Positions 33,207 through 43,000 of a stretch of DNA of 64,000 nt are shown piece by piece. This DNA comes from a virus, in the IMG/VR virus record IMGVR_UViG_3300008997_000008; one strand, 5' to 3'. Numbering within the stretch: the first letter of the stretch is position 1; the number at the start of each line of letters is the position of its first letter. Under the pieces are notes generated by a model, which was given only the letters and a program-made list of their open reading frames with translations, did no database searches and was not told the origin of the DNA. The translations under genes were made by a program, and so were the position numbers.

Positions 33207-33817
33207 ATGGCTTCCCTTGCCCGTGCCATCGAACTCTGCGACGAACTCCTCAGCCACGCTGCCTGGCTGAGCCTCTCTGATGGGATGCTTCGCCAGAAGA
33301 TCCGGGCCGTCATTGACGAGGTCCCCCCGCTACGGAACAGGAAGAGGGACCGGAGGATCCGCTGGTCCTCCCCCAGGACTTCACCACCGCCAAGAGCCGG
33401 ATGTTTGGCTCCCTGGGAGGCAAGAAGAACTACGACGTGGTTCCGCTCTTCGCCGAGGGCGTGGCGAACCTCAAGGGCTACCGCCTCTCCGATTCCCAGC
33501 GCGACATCTACTTCTGCCACAAGTGTGGCAGAACTGGTGTCAAGCTCTGGCGGCGGACTCACATCTTCGGGGACAGCGTCAAAGGGTGGTGCTCCTTCTG
33601 TGCGATGGAACAGGCCGGCTACGCAGACACCGTCGACAGCGAGGGCCGGAACCACGAGGGGGAGTACTCAGGTCCTCGAGGGTCGGACCAGATCTACAGT
33701 TCGAAGCAGGGGGTGGGCCTGGCCCCGTGGGTCCCCTGCCCCCATGACGGCACCTGGGGGTACACTTCAGTGCCTGCCGAGGGGTGTCTGTGGTGGAAGA
33801 CCATTCCGACGCGTTGA
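33207..33817 (+). CDS. Zn-finger hypothetical protein, apparently split across two frames at a C6 run
   Basis: GAGG RBS and ATG 33207; downstream coding frame (CHKCGRTGVKLWR...CSFCA) is open from 33317; a -1 shift at 33323-33328 joins them. Confidence 0.5.
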
Positions 33818-34410
33818 AGATCATCTTCCTGGACTTCTACGGGGTCATGGACGGACCTCTCCGTAGAGATCTGGACCGGGATGAACGGCTCGACCCCTTG
33901 TGCGGGGCCCGGATCAAGGACCTCTGCGACGAAACAGGGGCTCGGGTCGTCATCATATCAGACGCTGTCCAAATGTTTGAGGAATCTACATACACCTTGG
34001 AGGAGAAAGTCCAGTTTGCCATACAAGACCTGGAGGAGTGTGGAGTCCCCAACGAGCTCGTCATCGGATACACAGACCAGGGGCCGGAGAGCCTCACCTG
34101 GCCAGACCGCCCCCAACAGATCCGCGACTGGATGAAGGGGCGAGAGATCCTCTCCTACGTGATCTTCGACGACCGAGACCTACCATTCTCAGAGGAGAGG
34201 TGTCAATACACCCGGGAGTGGTTCTCATCCAACTGGGTGGAAGAGTGGGGCCCGTGGGAAGGCTGGGAGGCTCGGATGCCGGAACCAGATCCCGAGAGCT
34301 TCTCCCGGTTCATCCGAGTGAGCTCCCGACACGGACTTCGGGACGAAGACGTAGCCCGCGCTCGAGCTATTCTGGAGCGTCCTGTAGGAGCTTGTAGAGC
34401 CCCTGGTTGA
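33814..34410 (+). CDS. HAD-superfamily protein (HAD_SAK_2 / Swiss-army-knife-like)
   Basis: IIFLDFYGV, RVVIIS, RPQQIRDW and YVIFDD; TTGA coupling. Confidence 0.75.
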   Translation: MKIIFLDFYGVMDGPLRRDLDRDERLDPLCGARIKDLCDETGARVVIISDAVQMFEESTYTLEEKVQFAIQDLEECGVPNELVIGYTDQGPESLTWPDRPQQIRDWMKGREILSYVIFDDRDLPFSEERCQYTREWFSSNWVEEWGPWEGWEARMPEPDPESFSRFIRVSSRHGLRDEDVARARAILERPVGACRAPG

Positions 34411-35392
34411 TCCGGTGGGGGAAGGCCGGGCCTTTGAAGACAAGGGCCGTGAGAAGCTGTACAGCAGCACAACCATCCAGGAGAGCCTTCTGGGTTCGAT
34501 AGGTGGAGTTGATCCCTCCACAGGCAATCACAGGAAGTCGAGTTCCCTGGAGAGCAGCCTGGACCTTCTCCTGGGAGTTGTGGTACAGGTAGGATCCTGA
34601 GACCCCTCCGTGCCCTCGAGGGTTGAGGCCTGAGTGTCCCGAGGTATTCGTCGCGATGATCCCGTGAACTCCGACTCTCTCAGCGGCTTCCAGAACTTCC
34701 ATGTAGGGGAGGGGAGGGAGGTCAGGACTGAGCTTCACGAAGACTCGGACGTGGGGAACTGCCTTTAGGACAGCCCCGACGATCCTCTTGAAGTTCTCCC
34801 GGTGCTGGAGGCTCCGCAGTCCGGGAGTATTCGGGGAGGACAGGTTCACCACGAAGTAGTCGGCGAACTGAGACAGGAAGTTGGCCACTGATGCATAGTG
34901 GAGAGGGGCGTCCTTGGCCTCGACCTCCTTGTTCAGACCGATGTTGATCCCAACAGGAACCGAAGGCCAGAGACCGCAGTCCTGCCAGTGGCGGAAGTTC
35001 CTCTTCACCCGTACCATGCCAGCGCTGGGGAATCCCATCCAGTTCCAGAGCATCTCCTCAGGGAGCCTCTTGATACGCGGGCGCGGATTCCCTTCCTGGG
35101 GGTGGAGGAGGACTGAGCCTATCTCGATGAATCCGAACCCAAGGCGCTCCCATAGAGGGAGGGCGTCCCCGTTCTTGTCCATCCCTGCGGCCAGACCCAC
35201 AGGACCCGGAATCTCGATGTCCCCGATCTTGGATTCTATGCCCTTGGGGAAAGGAGTCATCGGGAGGAACCGGGAGAAGTGTCGAGCGGACCAGAGCATG
35301 GCCTCGTGACATCTCTCAGCATCCAGAGGGAACAGGACTTGTTTGAGCCCGTAGCGATAGATGAAGTCGAGGAAGCTCAGGCTACGGACCAC
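34367..35392 (-). CDS. pyrD: Dihydroorotate dehydrogenase (quinone, class 2)
   Basis: GLAAGMDKNG, GNPRPRI.RL, N.MGF, NLSSPNTPGLR (catalytic Ser), VKLSPD, IATNT, GGVSG, CGGI. Confidence 0.95.
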   Translation of the reverse strand: MVRSLSFLDFIYRYGLKQVLFPLDAERCHEAMLWSARHFSRFLPMTPFPKGIESKIGDIEIPGPVGLAAGMDKNGDALPLWERLGFGFIEIGSVLLHPQEGNPRPRIKRLPEEMLWNWMGFPSAGMVRVKRNFRHWQDCGLWPSVPVGINIGLNKEVEAKDAPLHYASVANFLSQFADYFVVNLSSPNTPGLRSLQHRENFKRIVGAVLKAVPHVRVFVKLSPDLPPLPYMEVLEAAERVGVHGIIATNTSGHSGLNPRGHGGVSGSYLYHNSQEKVQAALQGTRLPVIACGGINSTYRTQKALLDGCAAVQLLTALVFKGPAFPHRINQGLYKLLQDAPE

Positions 35393-36438
35393 GCCAACCT
35401 CCGACCCGCCCAGAAGGGCACCACAGGCTTGTTCCCGATCATGTGGTGTAGGGGGACCACATAGGGTTCCTCCTTGAGGGTGATGCTGTGGGGGTTGAGA
35501 GGGAGTCCATAGTACTCCGCCCCGAATCGAGAGGTGAAGTCCTCCAGTCTCTCGAGGAGACCCACCTGATCAAAGACCTCAGCATAGAGCTGGAGCGCAT
35601 GGGGGGCTGTGTAGCACCCGGCACAACCGTGGTTGTGCTTGGCGTAGACAGTGTGGGGGGCAGAGTCAGTCCCCGCGAAAAACCAGGGCTCCCGGGAGGT
35701 TGCCGCCGACACCAGGGCCTGTCGATCGACTTCGCGCTTCAGGACGGGAAGGCAGAAGTTGTGGGTGTTGGCCCCCTCCCGAAAGAGAGCGTTCCGGTTC
35801 TCCAGGAGATGATGGGCCGTGATCGTTGCAGCGATCTGAGGTACTCCGGGTTTGACATCTTCCGGGAGTTCGGGTTGCACCATCCGAATCCAAGAGGTGG
35901 CTGCTCGGGTCGTGATGTGTTCGAGGACCACCCGAAGGTCGGGGTAGCGGTCCAGGATGGGACGCATGACCGCATGGAGGAATCTCTCCTCGCGGTCGAA
36001 GAAGTCCACCTCACCCATGTAGTCGTGGGTGAGTTCCCCGTGCACCAGGAGAGGGAGCCCGTGCTCCTCCATCACCGCCAGGGCCGGATAGATGTTCTCG
36101 ATCTCGGTGACGCCCTCATCGGAGTTGGTTGTGGCTCCGTGGGGATAGAGCTTGACCCCGTAGATGAATCCAGACTCCGCCGCGTCCTCGATGATCTGAG
36201 GAGTGGTCCCATCCGTCATGTAGAGGGTCATGAGGGGCTGGAAGCCCGTGCCGGCCTCCATGATTTTCGCACAATAGCCGGCGGCATCCCAGTGCGTTAG
36301 CACTGGGGGCTTGGTGTTGGGCATCACGATGCCGCGAGACCAGTGCATCGCCGAATAGGACACCAGATCGGGAAGCATCTCCCCTTGCCGTAGGTGGAGA
36401 TGCATGTCGTCCGGCGCTCGTATCGTGAGCGTTCTCAT
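35377..36438 (-). CDS. pyrC: Dihydroorotase, homodimeric (E. coli-like) type
   Basis: DDMHLHLR, VMPN, KLYPHGATTNS, LVHGE, LEHITT, GTDSAPH, CAGC: all metal ligands present. Confidence 0.95.
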   Translation of the reverse strand: MRTLTIRAPDDMHLHLRQGEMLPDLVSYSAMHWSRGIVMPNTKPPVLTHWDAAGYCAKIMEAGTGFQPLMTLYMTDGTTPQIIEDAAESGFIYGVKLYPHGATTNSDEGVTEIENIYPALAVMEEHGLPLLVHGELTHDYMGEVDFFDREERFLHAVMRPILDRYPDLRVVLEHITTRAATSWIRMVQPELPEDVKPGVPQIAATITAHHLLENRNALFREGANTHNFCLPVLKREVDRQALVSAATSREPWFFAGTDSAPHTVYAKHNHGCAGCYTAPHALQLYAEVFDQVGLLERLEDFTSRFGAEYYGLPLNPHSITLKEEPYVVPLHHMIGNKPVVPFWAGRRLAWSVA

Positions 36439-36518
36439 AGGGTCTCCCGCCAACGGGAGACTTTACCGGCGGGACACGCCTGTTAGAAGGTGATCCGCCA
36501 AGTCAGACTCCATCAAGA

Positions 36519-37664
36519 TCAACGAAACATCTGAGGGTTCGTCCGCAGATTCCTACGTCCCGTCTCCCACAAGGGTATCTGCGGTCTCCAAATGTCTCGG
36601 ATATCTGTCCAGGAGGGCTCGGATTGGACCACCAGGGCTACTGAAGACCCTACCAGAAGGGACAGGGCGTCTATCTTCTCCTGAGCAATCCAAGGGATAT
36701 CGCTCGGTTTAGGTCTCCAACCTTTCAGTTCAACCCAACCTGCAGGGACAAGAACTCGCCCGTCGTGGGACAAAGGTTCCTCAAGGTAGAAGTCTGGGAG
36801 ATAGAGGACCGTGTTCCCCCCTATCTGCAGATTAAAGCACTTCGGCTCATATTGGTAGGGGATCTTGTTGAGGAGGAGAACCCGGGAAAAGTTGGCCTCC
36901 AACGTAGACCTGGTGAAGTGTCCAACATCCTTCCGGATCCCGGATATCCCTCTTCCGTTTGGGAAATAGAGAGTTCCCTCCCGAGCTCTTCTTGCACGAG
37001 ACTCCTTCTGGCCTTTCCGAACGCGCTCCCAATATCCAGGTCTCTGGCGAATCTTCTCAAGAGCACGCCGACCACACTCTGCTCGGATCCTACGCCCCTC
37101 TTCCGATAGGTTGTAGTCGCACCCTGTGACAGCCTTGGATATGGCTTCCCTATGCTCTGGAGATAGCTTCTTCCCCTTCCAGGGAGCTACCTGCTTCAGC
37201 TTAGCGGATTGCTCTGCTCTCTTCTCAGGGTCGGACCACCGACGAGTAGCTCCGGCAGACATCTTGGTGCGGGTCTCTGGAGACTTCTTTCGGATCCCAG
37301 GAACCTCTACGGGTTCTCCTGGATACTTGGCACGATACTGGTCCGGTGTCAACTCATGAGACGCCCTGAGGTGGTTCCGAAGACTCCTTCGGGAGATTCC
37401 ACATAGTGCGCAGGATACCTGGGGTCCTGTGTATGGGGGGACTCGACACTTCTCGCACTTGACGTAGGTCGCACGCGGGGAAACCCCAGGAACGATCTCC
37501 CCGCAGCTTGAGCAGGGAATCTCCCGAGAAGGAAGGGGTTCCTCGAAGACCAGCCCCGGATAGCGCGCAAGGGCCTCAGGCTTCGAAAGAGAATGGGCCT
37601 GTTTCAAGTGGCGCGTGAGTCGTTTGAACCCGTTCCGAGAGCACACAGGACACTGAAGAGGCAT
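36519..37664 (-). CDS. Free-standing endonuclease: Zn fingers, NUMOD3-like segment and PD-(D/E)XK domain
   Basis: Two CxxC...HL...H..YP fingers; KKLSPEHREAISK; RSTLEANF...YEP...YLPDF...VELKGW. Confidence 0.8.
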   Translation of the reverse strand: MPLQCPVCSRNGFKRLTRHLKQAHSLSKPEALARYPGLVFEEPLPSREIPCSSCGEIVPGVSPRATYVKCEKCRVPPYTGPQVSCALCGISRRSLRNHLRASHELTPDQYRAKYPGEPVEVPGIRKKSPETRTKMSAGATRRWSDPEKRAEQSAKLKQVAPWKGKKLSPEHREAISKAVTGCDYNLSEEGRRIRAECGRRALEKIRQRPGYWERVRKGQKESRARRAREGTLYFPNGRGISGIRKDVGHFTRSTLEANFSRVLLLNKIPYQYEPKCFNLQIGGNTVLYLPDFYLEEPLSHDGRVLVPAGWVELKGWRPKPSDIPWIAQEKIDALSLLVGSSVALVVQSEPSWTDIRDIWRPQIPLWETGRRNLRTNPQMFR

Positions 37665-37744
37665 ACAACCAGGATACCCTGAGTCGGTGTAGGCCGCTAT
37701 CTATGATATCCCGGTAAACTACCTTGGCCTGTAACCCACTGAAA

Positions 37745-38380
37745 TCAGAAGGTTATTCTCCAGGTAAGGCTCCATCTGGCGGTCGCCGGGATAGAAATCA
37801 CGCCAAACGTCAGATAGTTCACGAGGATGTCGTAGTCATCCACATCCACCGTGACGTCCCGAGTCGGGTACGTGTCGGGATTCAGGTTCTGGACACCCGT
37901 GTTGTCCGAGATGGTGGACATGAGACCCATCTCGTTGAGCGGACCAACCGCCTCTCCCGCTTCGAAGGTCGTGGTCATGTCGAGGATGTCGGTCCGGATC
38001 GAAACCGCGTTCCCGCTGGCGTCACGATAGGTAGTCGAGGAAAACGTCTTCCGAGCGATCTCCGCGTTGAGCTTCCTCTGCTTGGGGTCCGGAGCGTCCG
38101 GAGACAGGACGGCTCCAGTGGCGCCGGTCCCTACGGCCAACATGTTGATGCCGTTCCGAGAGGTCGGCGCAAGCATCAACGTAGAGGCCAAGAGGCCTGC
38201 ATCGAGGGTGATCACATTCTTGATGTGACGCTCTTCGATGAGCTCGCCGGTGTCGGCGTCCTCGACCCGGATGAAGACCTCCCCCTTCTTGGGCGTGGGG
38301 AAGCTATCTTCGTAGACCAGACCCAGGAGCATCCGAACCTGGTCGGAGAAGCTCCGGAACCTTTCCTTGAGGATTTTCAT
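37745..38380 (-). CDS. Baseplate / tail-fibre attachment protein (tail-collar-like)
   Basis: AVGTG...L..EIARK...TTF...EA.GPLNEMGL...TWRITF pattern. Confidence 0.65.
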   Translation of the reverse strand: MKILKERFRSFSDQVRMLLGLVYEDSFPTPKKGEVFIRVEDADTGELIEERHIKNVITLDAGLLASTLMLAPTSRNGINMLAVGTGATGAVLSPDAPDPKQRKLNAEIARKTFSSTTYRDASGNAVSIRTDILDMTTTFEAGEAVGPLNEMGLMSTISDNTGVQNLNPDTYPTRDVTVDVDDYDILVNYLTFGVISIPATARWSLTWRITF

Positions 38381-38407
38381 GTAGAGCTCCAGCAGGGTTC
38401 GCTGTGA

Positions 38408-38422
38408 ATAGCGAAGATACCG
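38408..38422 (-). promoter_or_regulatory. Class B motif CGGT-N7-CTAT
   Basis: Exact match, 28 nt before ATG 38380. Confidence 0.6.
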
Positions 38423-38425
38423 GAC

Positions 38426-39469
38426 CTACAGGAGATCCTCAAGGAACCGACGCGCCTTCTTCTTGACGGCGTTGCTCGAGTCGTTGTCCAGGATCCACTG
38501 GAGGACCTCTTCGTTCTCCGCGTGGTGGCGTACCCGGGACTCACGCGTCTTCCAGTGGAGGGAGAGGTTCCAGACAGGCTCGTCCTGGGGGGCTGCAGGC
38601 TCGGAGGCTGCCGCCTCTGCACGAGACACCATCGTGTTGGTGTCCAGGGTGCGGAAGTGCTTGCCCAGGAGAGTGCGAACCGACTTCATGTCCATCGGCT
38701 GACCATCCCAGGTCTCCCCTTCGAACACCCACTCACGGAGAGCCGCAGTGGCGTCCTTCGGGAGACTGCGACGTCCCTTCCGAGAAGCTGCAGGGCGGGG
38801 GGTAGGGGCAGGGCCTACCTGGGGGGCGGGAGTCCGCTCCTCGCGGGAAACACGGCCGACCACACGTCCGGTCTCCTCTCCTCCAATGGAGCTTCCTCCA
38901 GTGACTGTGACGCCCTCTCGGGGATTGTCCGGCTGAGAGATCCGAGGGGCGACGCGCTCCACACCCCGTCGGGGGTTGTTGTCCAGCTGACGCTTGATCT
39001 GCTGATCGTTCTTGCCCACCTCGACAGTACCGGCCTTGGCCGAGGACTTGAACCGGCCGACCACCTGGCCTTCCTGCTCCTCGACAACAGTGTACTGGCC
39101 CGCGTTCTTGGCCTGGTGAGTCCGGGGGGCGTTGTCGGGGCGGACGCTCTCTACGGTTCCGACCTCCGTCTCTTCCTCGTGGGCGGTGTTCATCTTGATC
39201 GAGGTCCGGTCCCGCCCCCTCGACTCGGGGGAGTGGACCTGGATGGGGGCGGGACGGGAACGGTACTCACCCTGGCCTTGGCTGGCGAGACCCATCCACC
39301 CCAGCTTGATGGCCTGTCGGATACTCCCTGGGTTGGTGAGCCGGATCTCGTCGCCGTTCTCCCGGGTGATCATGCTCCCTTGGAACCGGACGACTTCCCC
39401 CTTGTAGAGCTCTACGAGAGGGTCCTGACCGCCGACGCGGATCTTGGTGTTCACAATGTATTCACTCAC
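38426..39469 (-). CDS. Hypothetical protein with a low-complexity middle
   Basis: AAGGAG RBS; GTG start. Confidence 0.65.
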   Translation of the reverse strand: MSEYIVNTKIRVGGQDPLVELYKGEVVRFQGSMITRENGDEIRLTNPGSIRQAIKLGWMGLASQGQGEYRSRPAPIQVHSPESRGRDRTSIKMNTAHEEETEVGTVESVRPDNAPRTHQAKNAGQYTVVEEQEGQVVGRFKSSAKAGTVEVGKNDQQIKRQLDNNPRRGVERVAPRISQPDNPREGVTVTGGSSIGGEETGRVVGRVSREERTPAPQVGPAPTPRPAASRKGRRSLPKDATAALREWVFEGETWDGQPMDMKSVRTLLGKHFRTLDTNTMVSRAEAAASEPAAPQDEPVWNLSLHWKTRESRVRHHAENEEVLQWILDNDSSNAVKKKARRFLEDLL

Positions 39470-39478
39470 GAGGACTCC

Positions 39479-39754
39479 TTAGGTCTCACCGAGGAGAGGC
39501 ATGACGAGGATCGCTTCCTCCCGGACGAGCCCGGGGACGGCGTTTGCGATCTTCTCTTGGATCGTTGGAAGGAAGGATCTCTGGACACGGATTCTCGACA
39601 CTACCCGAGCGCGGTTCTCAGTAGAGGAGTACACGCAAAAATCCACGAGGACATCAGGACCATCTGAACGCAACCGGATAGCGTTGGCGAACACGCCAAA
39701 CAGATCTGTCGGATCATCGACAGGGCAGGACACGTTCTTGTGGGACTCTGACAC
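39479..39754 (-). CDS. DUF3467-like small protein
   Basis: GVFAN...VLVDF...VVSRIRV pattern. Confidence 0.6.
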   Translation of the reverse strand: MSESHKNVSCPVDDPTDLFGVFANAIRLRSDGPDVLVDFCVYSSTENRARVVSRIRVQRSFLPTIQEKIANAVPGLVREEAILVMPLLGET

Positions 39755-39825
39755 GAGAACTCCAGAGGAGGTACTCTGGCTGTACCCGGTAGAGACGCAC
39801 TATAATGTAGGTGTCGTACAGGAGA

Positions 39826-40002
39826 ATGGTTATGGCCATGACCAAGACAGGGATTGCTTTCCGGAGACCGGTTCAGGTTTACCTCCCTCCTACCAAGAGT
39901 CCCGAGGTGGGGGAGGAGAGGAACGGACGAGTCTGGGACGGAGAGCGCTGGGTCAGTCCTGAGGACTGGGAGCGGGTTCAGAGGGACAGAAGCGAGGGTT
40001 AG
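39826..40002 (+). CDS. Small hypothetical protein, 58 aa
   Basis: TATAAT at 39801-39806 and AGGAG RBS. Confidence 0.5.
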   Translation: MVMAMTKTGIAFRRPVQVYLPPTKSPEVGEERNGRVWDGERWVSPEDWERVQRDRSEG

Positions 40003-43000
40003 TTCGCTGCCTCGATCTGCCCTGTGGTGACAGTAGGTCCCGGGAGCGCAGACCCGCCTGATAGTGTGAGCTCCACCCCGGAGAGAGGGGAGCCCCCTGC
40101 AAGGAGGGACCGAACGGACAGGGCGTCCAGTCCTCCCCAAGGGCCCAGCTTCGAGTAGGTGGCGCCTGCAAAGTCCTCCATCATGTAGACAGCAGCGCCA
40201 TTCCCAGTGGCTCCAGGAGTCCCGTCTGGGTTGGGATCTCCAGACACTGAGCTGGGCGGAACGTTATCTCCCAGCGTGCCTTGGATGCCCCAGGTCTCTT
40301 CCCGAGGGGAGACCTCTTGGATAACGAGGAAGATCTCCTGGTTGAGACCCATGCCTCCAGGAGGAGGATTCCCCGAAGGGCCTCGTGCGTTCGGATACAG
40401 GATCGCGGTTCCGGGGCCCAGAGTGCCTCCCTGAACCACCCCTCCAGAGGCCAGCAGAACCTTGGTCGGATCGAACTGGGAGGCAGACCCCTTGATGAAC
40501 GGAGACTGTTGGCCCCAAGGACCCCCAGGACCTTCCGGAACAGAGAAGGGATCCGTGGTGAACAGGCCCTCGATCGTGATCCCTACCAGACCTGTCTCGG
40601 GTCCAGGGCCGTCGCACATGCTGGAGAGGTGGACGCTCTTCCCTTCCTCAACCTCGCAGAAATCAAGGTCAGCATAACGGGACTCAGGGTCATCCGTGAA
40701 CTTGACATACTGATAGGGATCCGTGAGAATGAGAGACTCAGCGGGATCAAGGTCATCGTCCGGATCATCAATGGGAGTCCCTGCCGTGACGGTTGCGGTG
40801 GCAGGCTTGTCCCAACTCTTCTCGAACGGAGGCGTCCCCTCGTTCAGGAGAATCGAGGAGTTCTCAATAGGCTCTCCACACAGGTACGTCTTCGTAACGG
40901 GACGACCGGGTGCGAAAGTGACCGTAACGGGATGGTTATCCTCAGGAAGAGGGGAGTTCAGGATGAGGTTCTGGCTGTTCTTGTCGAACCCCCAGTCGCT
41001 AACAGGCAGGACCGCTCCATCCACCTGGACCACGAACACCCTGTCCGCGAACATAGCCGAGTCTGGGACGTACACCAGAGTCGAGGTCCGGGAGGTGATA
41101 GTGACTACCTGCGGCGTGGTATCTCTCAGGAACTCACCAGAGGAAGCCGTCACGTATCGGTTGAGGACCATGCCCTGGGGGGCGATCCCTACTCCGTCGA
41201 CTGCGCCTCGGATTCGATAGCGGACAAAATCCCAGCGCTGCTGGCTGATGGAGTTTGGGTCTGGAGCGCCGAACTCCACACAGCCCCTGTCCTGCTTGTT
41301 CACTGGGAGTTGGACGTACTCGACCGTAGCCCACGCAGCAGTGGGGTCCGTAGTCTCCGTCGCGAAGTCCCCCGTTGCAGAGGGGGGCAGAGGGATATCC
41401 GGACGGAAGAGACTCACGCCCCATGTCGGATCCAGATAGAGCCGTGTATGGAGGAAGTTCTGCCAGTCCATGATGACAGGGATCGCGACAGCGGAGGAGT
41501 TCGCCGCCGAGCTCGTATCTGCACGTGGGATCCTGTACCCATCGATCCCCGTTCCCTCTCGTAGCTTGATCCCCAAGGTGCGACCGAGGGAAGAGCCAGG
41601 CAGAGCCACAGGACGAAGAGGTACAGCGCTGGTTGATTCCAGGACTACTTCGCAGACCCCGGAGCCTTCCGCTCCGAGGAACGCCTGGGCAGAACCTGTG
41701 GAGGAAGCGAACCCGCTGAGGGGGGTCCCTCCAATCACCACATCGTCCACCAACAGGACGACCGTATCAGCAACCGGATCGCAGAGAATCCGATAGGTAT
41801 GGGGCTCATCATCCCAGGCATAGGCCAAGGTCCCAATAGTGGCCAGAGAGCCGTCCAAGAGGAGGATAGACCCCGTATCGAATCCAATACGGACGGAGCG
41901 GACAGTGTTTGTCGCGACCGTGACGTCTACTCCGAACAGGAACCCGATCCCTACCGATCCCGAGGTGCTGGATGTCACGGAGAACCGGGCTTCGGAGACC
42001 AGACCCTCATAGGTGACTGACGAGGGATCAGGGAGACTTCGGGACCAGATCCCTGTCTCAGTTGCCGCCTTGGAGATCTCCAAAGTCTGTCCCCGCACGA
42101 ACGGGGGCTGAAGGCCAAACGAGGGGTTCTGTGTCCAGCCTGCATCTACCGGAGCCCGGAGCCCGGAGAGGGAAGCCTTCGGGAGATCCGCGACCAGGGA
42201 CCTCGAGTTGGCATCCTGTGTGTACAGGAGGGTATCCAGGATGATCTCCCGGACCCCGTCCAGTATGGTGACTCGGGCATCGCCGGCTCCCAGAACCCCA
42301 GACTCAACACGGAATCGCGCCTCGAAGTCTGTGGACACCTTGTTGGTGAGGAACGGCTCCACCCTGGAATAGCTGAACGTCAGCCCAATCCCGGGATCCG
42401 AAGAGGTCGCCTTCAGGAGCAGCTCTTCGGTGATGGGGGATACAGCGTAGCCGAACCCTCCGACCTCATACCAGGGATCATTGGGATCATCCGGAGGGAG
42501 AGTGTTCATCTCCGTCTGGACTGTCAACCCCTGAAGGGTCTTCGTGAGCCTCTCCGGTACAGACGAGTAGAGGACCAGGTCCCAGATAGACTGATTGGTG
42601 GCGCGGCGAGATAGGGAACCCCAGAAGGAGACTCCCTTCTTGGTTGCAGGGAGGAACAGCGCCGTCTGGGCAGGGAAGGCCGGGAGGCTCGTAAGGACAG
42701 CGACCTCTCCGGATACAGGACCTCCTACGAGGACAGTGGCCCCGCCAAGCGGGAACTCAGAGGTGGTCCTCACCGAAATGAGATCCGAGTCCCACTTGAT
42801 CTCGAACAGCATCTCGGGCTCGTCATTCCCGAAGCCCGAGATGTCCGCTGGGAGTTCCGGAGAGAACGTGAGCTCATAGGTGAGACCGTCCTCTGCTTGG
42901 ACGACACCACACTCGGATACCGTGTACACCCCGGCCTGATTTCCAGAGGCCACCCGGAAGCGGTTCCCGTCGGAGACTCCAGTGGGGAGATCAGCGAAGG

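Noticed and set aside
33401-33866. C-terminal part of ORF 33054..33866 as a real overlapping gene
   Set aside because: It is an Arg/Ser/Pro/Thr-rich off-frame translation of the Zn-finger ORF.
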